Source: Squalus acanthias
Taxonomy: Eukaryota
Direction: 5' to 3'
DNA: 64,000 bases
NCBI GenBank assembly: GCA_030390025.1
Contig: CM059428.1
Location: 33,356,001 to 33,420,000 of the forward strand
Shown: positions 1-12,891 of the stretch, one piece after another
How the letters are laid out: the number at the start of each line of letters is the position of its first letter
How positions within the stretch are numbered: position 1 is the stretch's first letter
Position numbers and translations under genes: made by a program
The notes under the pieces: model-generated
What the model was told of the DNA's origin: nothing
What the model saw: the letters and a program-made list of their open reading frames with translations, nothing else
Database searches by the model: none

Positions 1-1430
1 TTTAGCACGGTGGTAGTGCCACACAACATGATGGAGGGTGTCCTCAGTGTGAAGACTTCGTCTCCACAAGGACTGTGCGGTGGTCACTCCTACCAATACT
101 GTTATGGACAGATGCATCTGCAACAGGTAGATTGGTGAGGACGAGGTCAAGTAGGACTTTCCCTCGTGTTCTCTCACCACCTGCCACAGGCCCATCAGGA
201 CTCTGCCAGCTATGGTACTACCGAGCACTCTTGGTGATGGACATTGAAGTCCTCCACCCAGAGTACATTCTGTGCCCTTGCTACCCTCAGTGCTTCTTCC
301 AAGTGATGTTCAACATGGAGGAGTACTGATTTATCAGCTGAGGGAGGGCAGTAGATGGTAATCAGCAGGAGGTTTCCTTGCCCATGTTTGACCTGATGCC
401 ATGAGACTTCATGGGGTCCGGAGTCAATGGGCTGGATATTCCCATCCCTACGGGTGGGTACGCACTGTGTACCCACCTGTAGGGACATTGGAAATGCCGG
501 TTTCAGGCATGCACTGCGCATGCGCTGGAAACCAGCATTTCCGATCTGTCAAGAAAGCTCTTGACAGATCCTCCGGCTGCCCGGGAGAAGGGCCTCTGCA
601 GGCGGACAGTTCCGCTTTTTGGAGACCCTCCGCCCGCAGAAAACACTTACAATTCTTGTGCCTGGTAAAAGCAGGCGTAAGGCCTGCTTTTACCAGGATA
701 AGAGTTGAAAAAAGTAAAAAGAGAAAATATTTTTCCACTGATTTATCATTTAAAAATACTTTAAAGAAAAGTAAGTTTATTTTTAGCCCTGTTAAAAACT
801 TTAATTATTTTTTTCAAAAATTTAAATTTTTGTTTAAAAGTTAATTTATGTAATTTCAAGTCATTTTAAAAATGTGATTTTTAAAAAAAAAATTATTTGA
901 AGTTTTACTATGTTTTGGGGGTGATCTCCATTCATATATTTGACAAGTCTTCCTGTCAAATGTATGAAGGGAGATTCCCTTCTCCGATTGGCTCCCCATG
1001 GCCCATGTGATCCCAGGGACACTGCGATCTACCTGTGCCTCTGGGATACGTGGGCCCTGCACACCCGCAGTTTGGAGAGGCCCAGCAGCAGAACTGTGCG
1101 CTTCCCGGGAGCCCTCAGGTAAGGGCGCAAATTTTTCCAGATCGCAGCCCTCCGCCCGCAGGAGGCCTGCGATCGGAATATCTGGGCCAATGTTGAGGAC
1201 TCTCAGGACCACTCCCTCACGACTGTATACCACTGTGCCGGTGGGACAGGATATACCCAGCGATGGTGATGGAGGAGTCTGGGACATTAGCTGAAAGGCA
1301 TGATTCTGTGAACATGACTATGTCAGGCTTGGCTAGTCTGAATGTCAGCTCTCCCAATTTTGGCCCAGACGTTACTTAGTTTATCGTGGCCGAATCCAGC
1401 GCCTAGGTCGATGTCGGGTGGTCCATCCAG
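1..1430 (-). mobile_element. Non-LTR retrotransposon fragment, apurinic endonuclease (APE) domain, split by a MITE at 429-1188
   Basis: Minus-strand ORFs 856-1287 and 210-521 join across the MITE to give ...GTVVYSREGVVLRVLNIDSGPHEVSW...LLLITIYCPPS...NVLWVEDFNVHHQE, a degenerate YxPP/GDFN APE signature. Clade not determined; boundaries approximate. Confidence 0.75.
429..1188. mobile_element. PIF/Harbinger-type MITE, family A
   Basis: Imperfect TIRs GGGCTGGATATTCC / GGAATATCTGGGCC; 3-bp TSD AAT (426-428, 1189-1191); the host LINE frame resumes across it; homologous to 38456-39199. Confidence 0.85.
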
Positions 1431-1555
1431 TTTTATTATCATTGATTTTCCACTACGAAGTTAAGAGTCAACCACACTGCTGTGGGTCTTGAGTCACTGG
1501 GTGAGGATGCCAGATTTCCTTCACTAAAAGACTTTAGTGACTGATATCAGCTTTT

Positions 1556-1685
1556 TATTTTAAATTAATGAACTGAATTTAAATTCCCCAGCTGTCGTGG
1601 TGGGATTTGAACTCATGCCTCTGGATCATTAGTCCAGGCCTCTGGCTTACTAGTCCAGTAATATAACCACTATGCTACCATACTC
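1556..1685 (-). mobile_element. tRNA-derived SINE head (related pieces ~17905-18060 + and ~27410-27500 -)
   Basis: Minus strand reads GGTAGCATAGTGGTTAT...GAGTTCAAATCCCACCACG, i.e. pol III A- and B-box-like motifs, repeated elsewhere in the window. Confidence 0.6.
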
Positions 1686-1688
1686 CTG

Positions 1689-2665
1689 TCTGGCTCCTTC
1701 CAGGCTGCTGCTGGAGATATAAGCAACATCTCACAGTTTGCAGTACATTGCTTCATAAAGGGAGGTCACTGAAGCTATATACACACAGAGACACAGCTTC
1801 ATCTCATTCCCTCTTGCCAGAGACAAGCAGGCAGAGTGAGCACAAGGGTTTGCACAGATTGCAGGCTTCCCCATGGTACAGGGTGCCATTGACTGCACGC
1901 ACATTGCCTTTTGTGTGCCTCATGTAAACTCAGCCATTTTCATAATCCGAAAGGGATTCCACGCCCTCAATGTGCAGCTGGTGTGTGACTGCAGGCAGCT
2001 CATGATGCAGGTGAATGCCCGTTATCCTGGCAGTAGTCATAATTTCTTCATTCTGCGGCAGTCCTCTGTGCCACCCGTATTTGACCCACCACGGCAAGTC
2101 AAAGGCTAGCTGCTGGGTAACTATTACTCTGGTCCAGAACCCACACACACACGTGCACAGCAGGTCTACAATGAGCGCCATATTGCCACAAGGAACATTA
2201 TAGAGCACACCATTGGCATTCGCAAACAATGCTTCTGCTGCCTGGACCGCTCTGGAGGAGCCCTGCAATACTCAGCTGAGTGGATATCTAGATCTGTGGT
2301 AGTATGTTGAATGCTGCACAACCTGGCCATCATGAGGGAACAGCCCTTGCCACCACCTATCAGGCGGGAAGCTGAGGAGCAGGAGCATGAGGAGGAGGAG
2401 GAGGAGGAAGTGGAGGAGGAAGTTCAACAGGAAGTGGAGGAACATGAAGAAGAAATGGTGCAGTGGGTAAAATATGGCATTTGAAGATTCATTCACTGAC
2501 CTTGACCACTCGTGCAAACTGTATCCACGTCCTCAGGGCTAGACTGCTGACATTGACCTCTGCAGCTATCTGCTCCCACTGCCTTTTCACAGTGTGTCTG
2601 GAGGGCCTCCTGCGGATACAAGTTGGCTCTCCTCATTTCCACCTTCTCCACCAAGACCCTCCAGG
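1689..2665 (+). pseudogene. Decayed Harbinger element: DDE transposase fragment (+, 1689-2460) abutting a Myb/SANT exon-1 fragment (-, ~2465-2665)
   Basis: SGSFQ...GAIDCTHIAF...KGFHALNVQLVCD...[10 protein letters not shown] motifs typical of Harbinger/HARBI1-type transposases, with an acidic tail, stops and frameshifts. Confidence 0.9.
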
Positions 2666-2669
2666 AAAC

Positions 2670-2694
2670 GAGAGAGAGAGAGAGAGAGAGAGAG
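2670..2694. repeat. (GA)n microsatellite
   Basis: About 12 GA units seen directly. Confidence 0.9.
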
Positions 2695-3862
2695 TTTGTG
2701 GGAGCTTGCTGTGCGTAAACTGGCTGCCGCGTTGTAAGCGGTTTTTGATCCTAGCCCAATTGCTAGACAGACAGTTCGAATCGCCCCCGCCTTACGAAAG
2801 TTCTATACCCGGGAATTATTATTCAGAGTATAAATGAAATAAGTCACGGACAGGAATACTTCAGTGAAAAATCAAACTTATATTTATTTGGTCTAACATA
2901 CACTGGCTAAAACATGCACTACTAAATGAAATCACTGTCTCTGTGGAGAATAAAATCCAGATTACAAACAACATACATAGAGTACCCAACTGGGGACTAT
3001 GACAAGCAGTAATTCCCTTGTTGCTATGGTGGACTCAAATTCCACCCCTACCAACGAATTACCCAGTCACATAAGCCCCTTTCGCCTGGCTGAACCGAAC
3101 GAAGCTCCCACCCTCGGAATAGCCCAAAAGCTTCACTTCTGAGATAAACGCTGAGCCCTCTGGTTACGGGCTTGGGACACTCGAGACCATGCTTACCCCC
3201 ACACACACAGTCGGTCTCGATCGCTCCGCTTAGCTGCTTCTTCCTCTGATCGTCTTGTTAGGTTGATCTTGGTGGGGCGAGAGAGAGAGAGATGGTGGGA
3301 AAGGGTCTATCTTTATAGGAGTCTCGCTACCCCTATCTTTCCCGCCAATCTTTAAAATCCTTTTGTTTCTAAGCACTCCGGTGCTTAATCAGTGATGTGT
3401 CATCATCAGACCCATGTGTACTCCGTGATTGGACTAATGGCCCTAAGTCTGGGACATCTCTCGGTCTTTGTGTTGGGAAAAACTGGTTCCTCTCTGGCTG
3501 GCGAGGCCAGTGGGTTCATTGTTCTGCTTCTCTTCTGAGATGGAGGTGAGAAGTGCTTTTGCATATTCTGGATGACTGACAGTTCTTTTGTCACAGCCAA
3601 CTGCCATGCGTTCTCTGGAGTTTTAACAAACCAGTTTTTCACATATCTGCACAGGGTGATCCCATCACAGGGAAAATACCCTCAGAAAAATCCCATAAAG
3701 TCCATAAAATATTCTCGACTGAGTCCATTCTTCAAACAGAGACTTTGCGATCTCTTCAGCGTTTCCTACATTACAACTGTGACTACACTTCAAAAATAAT
3801 TAATTGGCTGTAAAGCTCTTTGAGACATCCTGGCGTAGTGAAAGGTGTAGTTAAATGCAATT
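2695..3862 (+). mobile_element. 3' part of a SacSINE1/DeuSINE-like SINE, interrupted by a solo LTR
   Basis: GTTTGTGGGAGCTTGCTGTGCG...GCTGCCGCGT resumes as GCGTTTCCTACATTACAAC...CACTTCAAAA after 3758, colinear with the uninterrupted copy at 32137-32545. Confidence 0.85.
2733..3758 (-). mobile_element. Solo LTR (ERV-like or Gypsy), 1026 bp
   Basis: TG...CA termini; perfect 4-bp TSD GCGT (2729-2732, 3759-3762); on the minus strand, CCAAT (3428-3432), TATAAA (3312-3317) and AATAAA (2883-2888) in U3-R-U5 order. Confidence 0.85.
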
Positions 3863-4459
3863 TATGCTGGCGTAGTATAAATGCAAATCTTTTTTTTAAC
3901 CTGCACATATTTTCCAACAGGGATCTTTGGATGGCAATCAGGAAGAAGCACCCTATCTGATTTTGCTCCTAATGAGCTGAGACTAACTGCAGCACTCCTG
4001 CTGCTGGCCCAGTGAGATCAGCTAACTCATCACATGCCAGTGAGCCAACCTGGGATATTCCTGGGAATTACGGTTCAGTACCACACTGGGCAGTTGTGCC
4101 ATGCAATAGAAAACACAACAACTATCAAAGTTTACTAATTATAACCTACAGCTGGTTACAATTTAATAATTCTCTGAAATCATTTTTATTCAAATCACTT
4201 CAGACCCATTAAAGGGCTCTGTCTTCACCAGGAGGAGGGAGAATAACCATACCAATCATCGGTCATATTTATCTTGGCATCAGCTGCATCAAGAAGATAT
4301 TTTTGTGAGGCAATTAGATGTTTTGTGCAAATTGCATCACTGTGTCGAGTGTTTTGCAAACAATCAAAAAGCGTTCCAACCACTTTTTGAAAAAGACTGC
4401 CCCTTTAATATGCATGTGACAGTATAATTTTATTGTATGCTTTATGTTTTAAAGAAAAA

Positions 4460-4912
4460 AGAACTTGCATTTATATAGCGCTTTTTACATCTACTGGAGG
4501 TCCAAAAGCTCTTTACGGCCAATGAAGTACTTTTGAAGTGTAGTCACTGTTGTAATGTAGGAAATGCGGCAAACAATTTGCGCACAGCAAGGTCCCACAC
4601 ACAAACAGCAATGCGATAAATGACCAAATACTCTATTTTTATGATGTTGGTTGATGGATAAATATTGGCCACGACACCAAGGAGAGCTTCCTTGCTCTTC
4701 TTCGAATAGCGCCATGGGACCTTTTACGCCCACCTGAGAGAGTAGTTGTGGCATCAGTTTAATGTCTCATCCAAAAACTGGGAACTCTGACAGTGCAGCA
4801 CTCCCTCAGTACTTCACTGAAATGTCAGCCTAGATAATGTGCTCTTCTCTGGAGTGGGATTTAACTCAAATCCATCTGACTTCGAGGCGAAAGTGCTACC
4901 ACTGAGCCGTGG
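4460..4912 (-). mobile_element. SacSINE1/DeuSINE-like SINE, near full length
   Basis: Reverse complement of the 32137-32545 copy, with tRNA-like head, conserved core and GCGCTATATAAATGCAAG tail. Confidence 0.85.
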
Positions 4913-5212
4913 CAGATATGGTTTATACAGAACCATGCAAAGTAACATTGTTATGAATACCCCAGTATATAGCTGTTTGTGCTATTCTTTGTTATCACAT
5001 ACTATTTATTCTTTATCCATGTGGCTTTGTTGTACACATCAGTCGGTGGCTGAATTTGGCTCTTGACCGGTGTCAATAGATTTTGTGGTATACCAGCAGC
5101 AATTTACTGATTTCAAGATATTAATGGTGACAAGAAGTTTTTAGGGGGAGCGGAATGTGTATATATTGAATAGGTGTACTCCAGACGAGGGTTATTAGTG
5201 CTGGGGAACACT

Positions 5213-7594
5213 GGAAGAGAAATTGGCTAATTCCCGAAAAAGGGTGTGGGGATCACGGTACGTGATTAACCCGTGTCCGTTCATTGCCTTGCAGGCAGCA
5301 CATTAAATTGGTGCTGCCTGCTCTTTTAAATGATTGCTGCATGCACCCAGCACTCCCCACACTGTTCATTGGTTGCATGCATCAGCAGGAGGCCCAATAT
5401 TGTGAGGGGCTAGCATTACTTAAAGGCAACCTGCACTTCTTAAAGGGGAGGTGCATTGTGACTGCAAGAAGTGGTGGGAATTTTTCCAAAAGTCAATGGT
5501 TGAACATACGAGAGAGCGAGAACCAAGGTTTTCAGACAATGCACTGGAGGTCTTGCTGGAAGAGGTGGAAAGAAGGAAAGATGTCCTGTATCTGTAGGGG
5601 GATAGGAGGCCCTCCAGACGTATGCTCAGGAGGCAGTGGGAACAAGTAGCGGTGGAGGTCAATGCCAGGAGTGTTTCTCCAAGAACATGGATGAAGTGCA
5701 GTAAGAAGTTTAACGATCTGGCACGAGTTGTCAAGGTGAGTGAGTTCATCTTCAAATGGCATATCCTTCCAACTGTACCACTGGCCTCATCCACTGCTCA
5801 ATTCACTAGCCCCCATCACCCACATACCAACAATCTCTACCATTCAGTACTCATGCCTTCAATTCATATGCTTTACCTCAGTGGTTCTCAAATTGGGGTC
5901 TATGAACCCCAGGGGTTCGCGCAAAAACCCCAATCGGTGCGGAGCGGCCAGACGCTGCTGAACAGGGCGGTGAATGGTTACCTTAGCAGCGGCAGCAGCT
6001 GTCCACTGCAGGAAGAAGAGGCGGAGGAGGGCGGGAAAAAGACTGCAGGTCAGCAGCGGCTGCAATACCACTGCCAGCAACAGGAGTCGGAGACGGAAAA
6101 GCGCAGGGCCAGCTGTTCGGAGAGGAACCGACCATCTTTAAACAAAACTCCCGTCCGGACTACCAGTGGCTGCAGCAGTGCCGGGATACAGCCAAAAAGA
6201 ACAGGCCCCATACGTCGGACATATATTACATTAGATCTGTCTGTCCACGGTCAAGGGCTAGTCAAGGAGCAAATCTGACATCATAATCTGGTCAGCACTT
6301 GAATACACTGAATAACCAATGCATTTGTAATATTAAAAAAATCAATGCTTTAAAATCACTATCATTTTATACATACATACTTGAGGGATTCCCATTCTGT
6401 AAATGTCATCATAGTCACATTGCAAGTCACTGTCAGAAGATCCTGGTAGTGTGAAGACATTATCACTGCTGCCAGGATACCAGGCTTGACCTGCATGATG
6501 CGCTGCCTATGGTCACACACCAGCTGGACGTTGAGGGAGTGGAATCCATTCCGGTTTCGGTACATGGCAGAGTTGACATGCAGTGCCCGCAAAGCAAGGT
6601 GCGTGCAATCAATGGCACCCTGCACCGTGGGGAAGCCTGCAATCTGAGCAAACCCTTGTGCTCACTCTGCCTGCTTGTCTCTGGCAAGAGGGAATGAAAT
6701 GAAGTTAGTTCTCTTTGAATAGAGAGCGTCAGTGACCTCCCTTATGCAACATTGGACGGCAAACTGAGATGTTGCTAATATCTCCAGTACCAGCCTGAAA
6801 GGAGCCAGATGCATAAAAGTTCATAGCCACGGTCACCTTCACAGCCACTAGCAATGCTGTCCTTGCCCTGCTCTGAGTTGGAGTTGTGGTTGCAGCAGTT
6901 GGCAGATTTCAGTGAGGACCTCCTTTAGTGAAGCGCAGACGTCTCACACATTGTTCCTCGCTGATGTTCAGGTAGGAGAATTGCTCCCTGAATACCCTGG
7001 ACAGATAAGGCCTCCTGCTGAGAGTCTTTCTCCTCCTCCTCCTCCTCCCTCTTCTAGCAACTGGTCCTGCTCTGCGTGGCCTCTGCCCATTCTCCCAGTC
7101 ATGCTCTATTCCAAGAGGAAGGCCTACTAGTGAACCCATGTCTGGGAGCAACTAGTTTGTGCAGAAGCCTTGAAGTCAGCAAAAAGTACTTTAGCACCTG
7201 CCACCCCACTCCCTGTAGACTTTTGAAACAACTATGGAAAGCAGCAAAAATGTGTAGAATTGTAGCAACAGCCAGAAGCAATCAACCAGCAACTAACCTG
7301 TAAGTAGTTGATGATCCCTTTAAATAGCACTGGTGGGGTGGTGCTTCCTGCTGCTTAACGCATATTCAGCTGTGCGAGCTTAAGAAAGGCTATCGGCAGG
7401 ACCATTGAGTTGCAAACTGGCAGTGTTGGCATCAAATCAGCGTTGCACACTGATTGATATCATCATCTGCCTGCTCTGCATACTTCTGGCGGACATTTAC
7501 TGCGCGCGCGCGAACGCCTGCACCAAGATTTTTTTCTGGTGCGCTTCGCTTCACGCGCCATTTTGATACTCTAAGGGCACTCGTAGCACCCAAT
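5213..7594. mobile_element. Internally deleted Harbinger element: Myb/SANT exon 1 (+, ~5496-5735, donor GTGAGT at 5736) and transposase N-terminal half (-, ~6445-7140)
   Basis: RRQWEQVAVEVNARSVSPRTWMKCSKKFNDL (Myb/SANT-like trihelix). Minus strand gives RVFREQFSYLNISEEQCVRRLRFTK...GAIDCTHL...[12 protein letters not shown]. The left end aligns with the reverse complement of 15600-15846. Confidence 0.9.
5879..6440 (+). mobile_element. Left end of a hAT (Charlie-like) element inside the Harbinger copy
   Basis: Starts CAGTGGTTCTCAAATTGGGGTC, matching the right-end type GACCCCAGTTTGAGAACCACTG at ~22340-22361. Right boundary uncertain; no TSD pair found. Confidence 0.55.
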
Positions 7595-7838
7595 CTGTTT
7601 TGGTGATAGAGAACTCCCCTGCTCTTCTTCGAAATAGTGCCATGGGATCTTTTACGTCCACCTGAGGGCGCTTCGGACTAACGCCTCATCCAAAGGATGG
7701 CACCTCCGACAGTGCAGCACTCCCTCAGTACTGTACCAGAGTATCAGCCTAGATTTTATGCTCAAGTCTCTGGAGTGGGACTTGAACCCACAACTTTCTG
7801 ACTCAGAGGTGAAAGTGCTACCACTGAGCCACAGATGT
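7595..7838 (-). mobile_element. SacSINE1-like SINE, 5' half
   Basis: Homologous to the other copies; B-box GGGTTCAAGTCCC on the minus strand. Confidence 0.8.
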
Positions 7839-8819
7839 CAAGTAAGGACAGGATTGGACAATACTTATGCTCACACATGAGGAGTAATCACTTGGGTGGT
7901 GGTGCGGAACTGCATCTTAACCGAGTTGCAGCTATTGCTTCCCGTAATACGTGAAACAATGGCACTGCTTCTTAAAAAGGTAGTAACAAAATGTCAAACA
8001 GCATGAAATCTCATTTCCTACATCACAACAAACGATTATTTTTGCTCATGGACAAAGGTCACAGATTACCACTCTGTCGGTGTAAACTGCATAATGCATG
8101 TGACTTTTTAAAATGAGAGAAATATCCTTTCACTGCAGTGAATCCAGATATAGTGTTAGTCCATGAACACCTTATCTCAAAGAGTACCACAGTCATACTG
8201 TTTACACATGCCAGGTTGCCATAACAACGAGGATGGAAACTCTCAGCATTTCCACCTGCATCATAAATAATTCATTAAAGCTTAATCCGCTACAGTGGAT
8301 AATTTTTTTTATCATTATCTATTATCAATAAATTTCCTATTCAATTATGTAGAAACCTCAGGCATTTCTAAATTGGAGTAAACCGCTCCAGTAAGTTTTT
8401 TTTAAATGGCAATCAGGCATTAAAATGAAGGCACAGCAGGAGACCTTGCATGTGCAGTATCATTTTCTGACTTTGAGATAGGAACATAGGATTTGCTAAA
8501 TGCAAAAAGACCACGGCCCATCTAGTTCGCCTTCTACCATCCTGGTAGTCAGTCGCATGATACACCAATTATGATGTAGTTGACTGATCATAGCAATCAA
8601 TCTTTATCAATTAGTCTACAACAGACCCAAACATGATACGAGGAAAACTCCAGTGGTGGAGAGCTTTGGGAACCATAGGTCCAAAGTCACTTGTTCCTCC
8701 CAAGCAATACTCCCTAGGGAGCCTGTACCATAGATTGACCGCTCGGTCACTGAAATATTGTTTCCGCATGATGTATCAGAACAGGATTGAAATAGATGGG
8801 CATGTTTTTTAAAGTTAGA

Positions 8820-9712
8820 GGGGGAAAAATTAGGTCGCGCCCCATTTGGGGCGCAAATATCGTCTGGACGCAAATATTAGCGCCTGGCGCTAATTATCGG
8901 CACTGACTGGAAACTTCACTTTTACCGCCCCGGGAGGTGAGTGGAGCGCTAAATCAGGCGCTGCACACCTGTCTTAAGGCGCAAAGGCCAAGGAGTGAGG
9001 CGCTAACTCAGAGCGCTGGCGAAGCTCATGTAATGTCAGTCAGCAATGGAACACACACACAATGGCACGGGCCAGTTCTTAAAGGGGATGGTTAATCTTG
9101 CTTTCCATCCACATCCTGTTCATTGCAGCCTTGAATCTCGGCCTGGAGAGACTTGCACATCAAATGTGCTGGAAAGAACAATGGAGAGTACCAGGCAAAG
9201 AGCTCAGAGTGCAGCTCCCACAGTCTCTGCTAAATCGATACAAGGAATGGCAAATCAAAATGAACCTGCAAAGTGCTGCTCAGTACCCAAAACTCCTTCA
9301 CACAACGTTGAATCTCTCCAGAAGTTTCTCCCTCTCTCTCTCAGAATGCGTAGTTCAAAAATGCCACCAACAATAAAAGACAGGAAGAGGCCCCCTTTAA
9401 ATAGCGCCCCCCCCAGCCCCACAGCGATTGATAGCGTTCCAGTCTTCTGGTCGTTGGATGCGCCAGGCGGTAAGGCAGGGGGCACCACTCAATTTCCGCT
9501 CCGGGGCGCCACAAGGGCGTTGCACCATGGAATGACGTCACAATCTGCGCGCGCAGGTGGTCGCAGCGGTAAAGTTTAGCGCCGCCGCACAATCTCTAGT
9601 TAAGTTCCCGAGCGGCGCAAACATCGCTGTGCCCGGGCGTTAGCATCTTTGCGCCCCATTAGCGCCCTCTTAAGGCGTTAACGGGAGGCGCAACCAACTG
9701 AATTTTTACCCC
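8820..9712. mobile_element. Non-autonomous Harbinger derivative, family B
   Basis: TIRs GGGGGAAAAATT / AATTTTTACCCC; 3-bp TSD AGA (8817-8819, 9713-9715); CpG-rich subterminal repeats; the right end is shared with 12520-12891. Confidence 0.8.
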
Positions 9713-10009
9713 AGAAACCCCTAGGAGAAGGGCAAGTGCAGAACAACATCAAGGTTGAAAAGAGGAGAGGAACAAGATGAATTCAGAAGGTAGTGATTAG
9801 GTGTCACAACAGTTGTGTTTTAACAGACTGTAGGAAAAAGGGATGTCTGAGAGAGGTAGGGGGTTCCAGGGCTTTGAGGTCCTGGGGAAGCTTGAAATCG
9901 ATTCTAGGGTGGTGAAATGCACCTTGATGTCAACACAGTCAGGATGCTGGAAATAGGTTGGTGTATATGGAGCTTAGGAAGAATAAGGGAAGAAGCTTCA
10001 GAAGAACAA

Positions 10010-11852
10010 TTGATGCAATTGTTAACATAAAAGGGAACCCCAAAATCTTCTACCAGCATGTAAACAGTAAGCAGGTAGTAAGAGGTGGGGTGGGGCCTAT
10101 TGGGGACAAAGAAGGTGATATATGCTTAGAGGTGCAGGGCAAGGCTAGAATACTCAATGAGTACTTTTTTACTAAGGAGGTGGATGCTGACAAAATATCG
10201 GTAGAAGTGGAAAAGGTAGAAGCAATGGAAGGGGTGAAAATTGATAGACAGGATTTACTAGAAAGGCTGGGTATGCTTAGAGTAGATAAACTGCCTGGTC
10301 CAGATGGCCTGCATCCCAGGTTGCTAAGGGAATTGGGGGAGGAGATAGTGGAAGGGCTTGCCATAATTTTCCAATCTTCCCTAAATGCGGGGGAGGTGCC
10401 TGAGGATTGGAAAGTGGCAAATGTGACACCATTGTTCAAGAAAGGGTGTAAGGACAATTCTAGTAACTACAGGCCGGTCAGTTTAACATCAGTGGTGGGT
10501 AAAGTTTTAGAAACAATAATCAAGGAAAAAATTAACAGGCACTTGGAGAGGTTTAAGCTAATTAAGGAGAGCCAACTCGGATTTGTAAAAGGCAGATCGT
10601 GTTTGATTAATCTAATTGAATTTTTTGATGAAGTAACAGGGAGGATTGATGAAGGGAATGCAGTGGATGCTGTCTACATGGATTTTAGGAAGGCATTTGA
10701 CAAAGTACCACATAGAAGGCTGGTTAACAAAATTGAGGCTCATGGAATAGGTGGGTCAGTGGCAGCTTGGATAAGGAATTGGCTTAAGGACAGAAAACAG
10801 CAAGTTGTGGTAAATGGCTGTTTTTCAGACTGGAGGATGGTAGACAGTGGTGTTCCCCAAGGGTTAATGCTGAGGCCACTGCTTTTTTGATATATATATC
10901 TCCTGGATATTGGAATACAAAGTAGAATTTCTAAATTTGCCGATGACACCAAACTTGGGGGTGTGGCAAACAGTGAGGATGATACCAATTGACTGCAACA
11001 GGACATAGAAAGGCCAACAGAATGGGCAGACAAGTGGCAGATGGAATTTAATACAGAGAAGTGTGAGGTGATGCATTTTGGCAGAAGGAACAGGGAGAGG
11101 CAATATACACTTAATGGCACAGTTTTAAAGAGTATGCAGGGACAGAGGGACCTGGGAACTAATGTGCATAGGTCCCTGAAGGTGGCAGGACATATTGAGG
11201 AGGTGGTTAGCAAAGCAGATGGGATCTTGGGCTTCATAAATAGAGGTATTGAGTATAAAAGTAGAGAAGTTATGCTAAACCTTTATAAAGCGCTGGTTAG
11301 GCCACAATTGGAGTATTGCGTCCAGTTCTGATCACCACACTTTAGAAAGGATGTGAAGGCCCTTGAGAGGGTGCAGAGGAGATTTACCAGAATGGTTCCG
11401 GGGATGGGGGATCTTAGCTACAAGGACAGGTTGGAGAAGCTGGATTTGTTTTCATTAGAGCAAAGGAGGTTGAGGGGTGATTTGATAGAGGTGTACAAGA
11501 TTATAATGGGTTTGAATAGGCTAGACGGGGAAAGACTGTTCCCATTAGTTGATGGTACAAGGAATAGGGGACACAGATTTAAGGTTTTGGGCAAGAGATA
11601 CAGGAGGGATGTGAGGAAAAACTTTTTTACGCAGCGAGTGGTGAGGGCCTGGAACTCGCTGCCGACGGAAGTGGTGGAAGCGGAGACACTCAATGTTTTC
11701 AAGGGGAGATTGGATAGGCACTTGAGGGATATAAACTTGCAGGGCTACGGGGATAGAGAGGGGGAATGGGACTGACTGGATTGCTCTACAGAGAGCCGGC
11801 ACGGACTCGATGGGCTGAATGGCCTCCTTCTGTGCCGTTATGACTCTATGAC
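10010..11852 (+). mobile_element. 5'-truncated CR1 LINE (ORF2 reverse transcriptase pseudogene plus 3' UTR)
   Basis: PGPDGLHPRLL, NYRPVSLTS, DFRKAFDKVPH, SGVPQG, KFADD and LVRPQLEYCVQF motifs; tail TGACTCTATGAC; stops and frameshifts. Confidence 0.95.
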
Positions 11853-12519
11853 AATAAAGGGACAAGAATGATCAGAATGGAGAGATAATTTGGAGGCTGG
11901 AGGTGAGTGAAAAGTCATTTGATAATTTTTCCTAATATCCTGTCTGCATGTGGAAGGCATGTAAAAGTATTGTCCCAGATATGGAAACAATATTCAAGAG
12001 TTGGACTGACTGGGACTTTTATAGAGAGTTAAGAGCTATTGTAGCAAAGTTTAAATTGTTTATTTTCTTTACTTCAAGATCAATTTGATCAAAATGATTA
12101 ATTTCCTGAATATAATTAGCAGCATTGTTCCTTTTATGCGAGCAAATTATTTTTTTCCACGTATAGATATGTACATTTGATGCAGACATGCAAAGTATTC
12201 ATATTTTATAGAATATCCGCCATGTTGGACGGAGATATCAATGATCTGGTACATCTTATACAAAACACAAGCTAAGCAGGCTGAATGGGCTTTGCTTCTT
12301 CTTACATTACATGTGTTTAGGAGGTGAGTCAAAGCAGGTTTGTTACTGATTGAAAGGAACTACAATATGATTATCTTTTTTCTGAAACACAGCTCTGAAA
12401 ATGTTTCTTTACCCATTGCCCCATTGTTTTTGTGTCACCTTTACGCCTTTTTATGAATTTTATTGCTGATGTTATTACTTGTAAAAACACCCACATTTTA
12501 AATCAGCAAAGTGTGCACG

Positions 12520-12891
12520 GCCTGTTTCTGTGCACCGGGGGGCAGGTGCTGGCAGGCGGCCAGCAACAAAAATGGCCGCCCGGCATCTCCCCTTTAATTT
12601 GCGCCGCCCTGGCCGCAGGTAGCCCCCCTGACCCTGTCGAACATAGCGTCTGGCAGTAAGTCAGGGGGCGCTACCGAAGATCGCAGTCAGGGTGCGAGCG
12701 GGGCGCTGCGCACGGCAATGACGTCATCGCTGGAGGCGCAGCCCCACAGGGTGCTAATGGTTGCCGCCGCCGCTAACCTCCCGCTGAATTTCGCGGGAGG
12801 CGTTGGCAGCGCCCAGGCGCTAGTTGCTTTGCGCCCTGTTAGCGCCCTCGGGCGCTAACGGGAGGCGCAAATCAACCGAGTTTTTCCCCCC
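12520..12891. mobile_element. Right-end fragment of Harbinger family B abutting a transposase fragment
   Basis: Aligns with ~9480-9712 (TTTGCGCCC...TTAGCGCCCT...AACGGGAGGCGCAA...CCCC). Confidence 0.75.

Noticed and set aside
1873-2109. HARBI1 host gene
   Set aside because: Several disrupted copies with transposon ends and a linked Myb gene indicate transposon relics, not the single-copy domesticated gene.
5622-6278. 218-aa ORF as a MSANTD-like host gene
   Set aside because: Chimeric read-through of Myb exon 1, its intron and an inserted hAT end.
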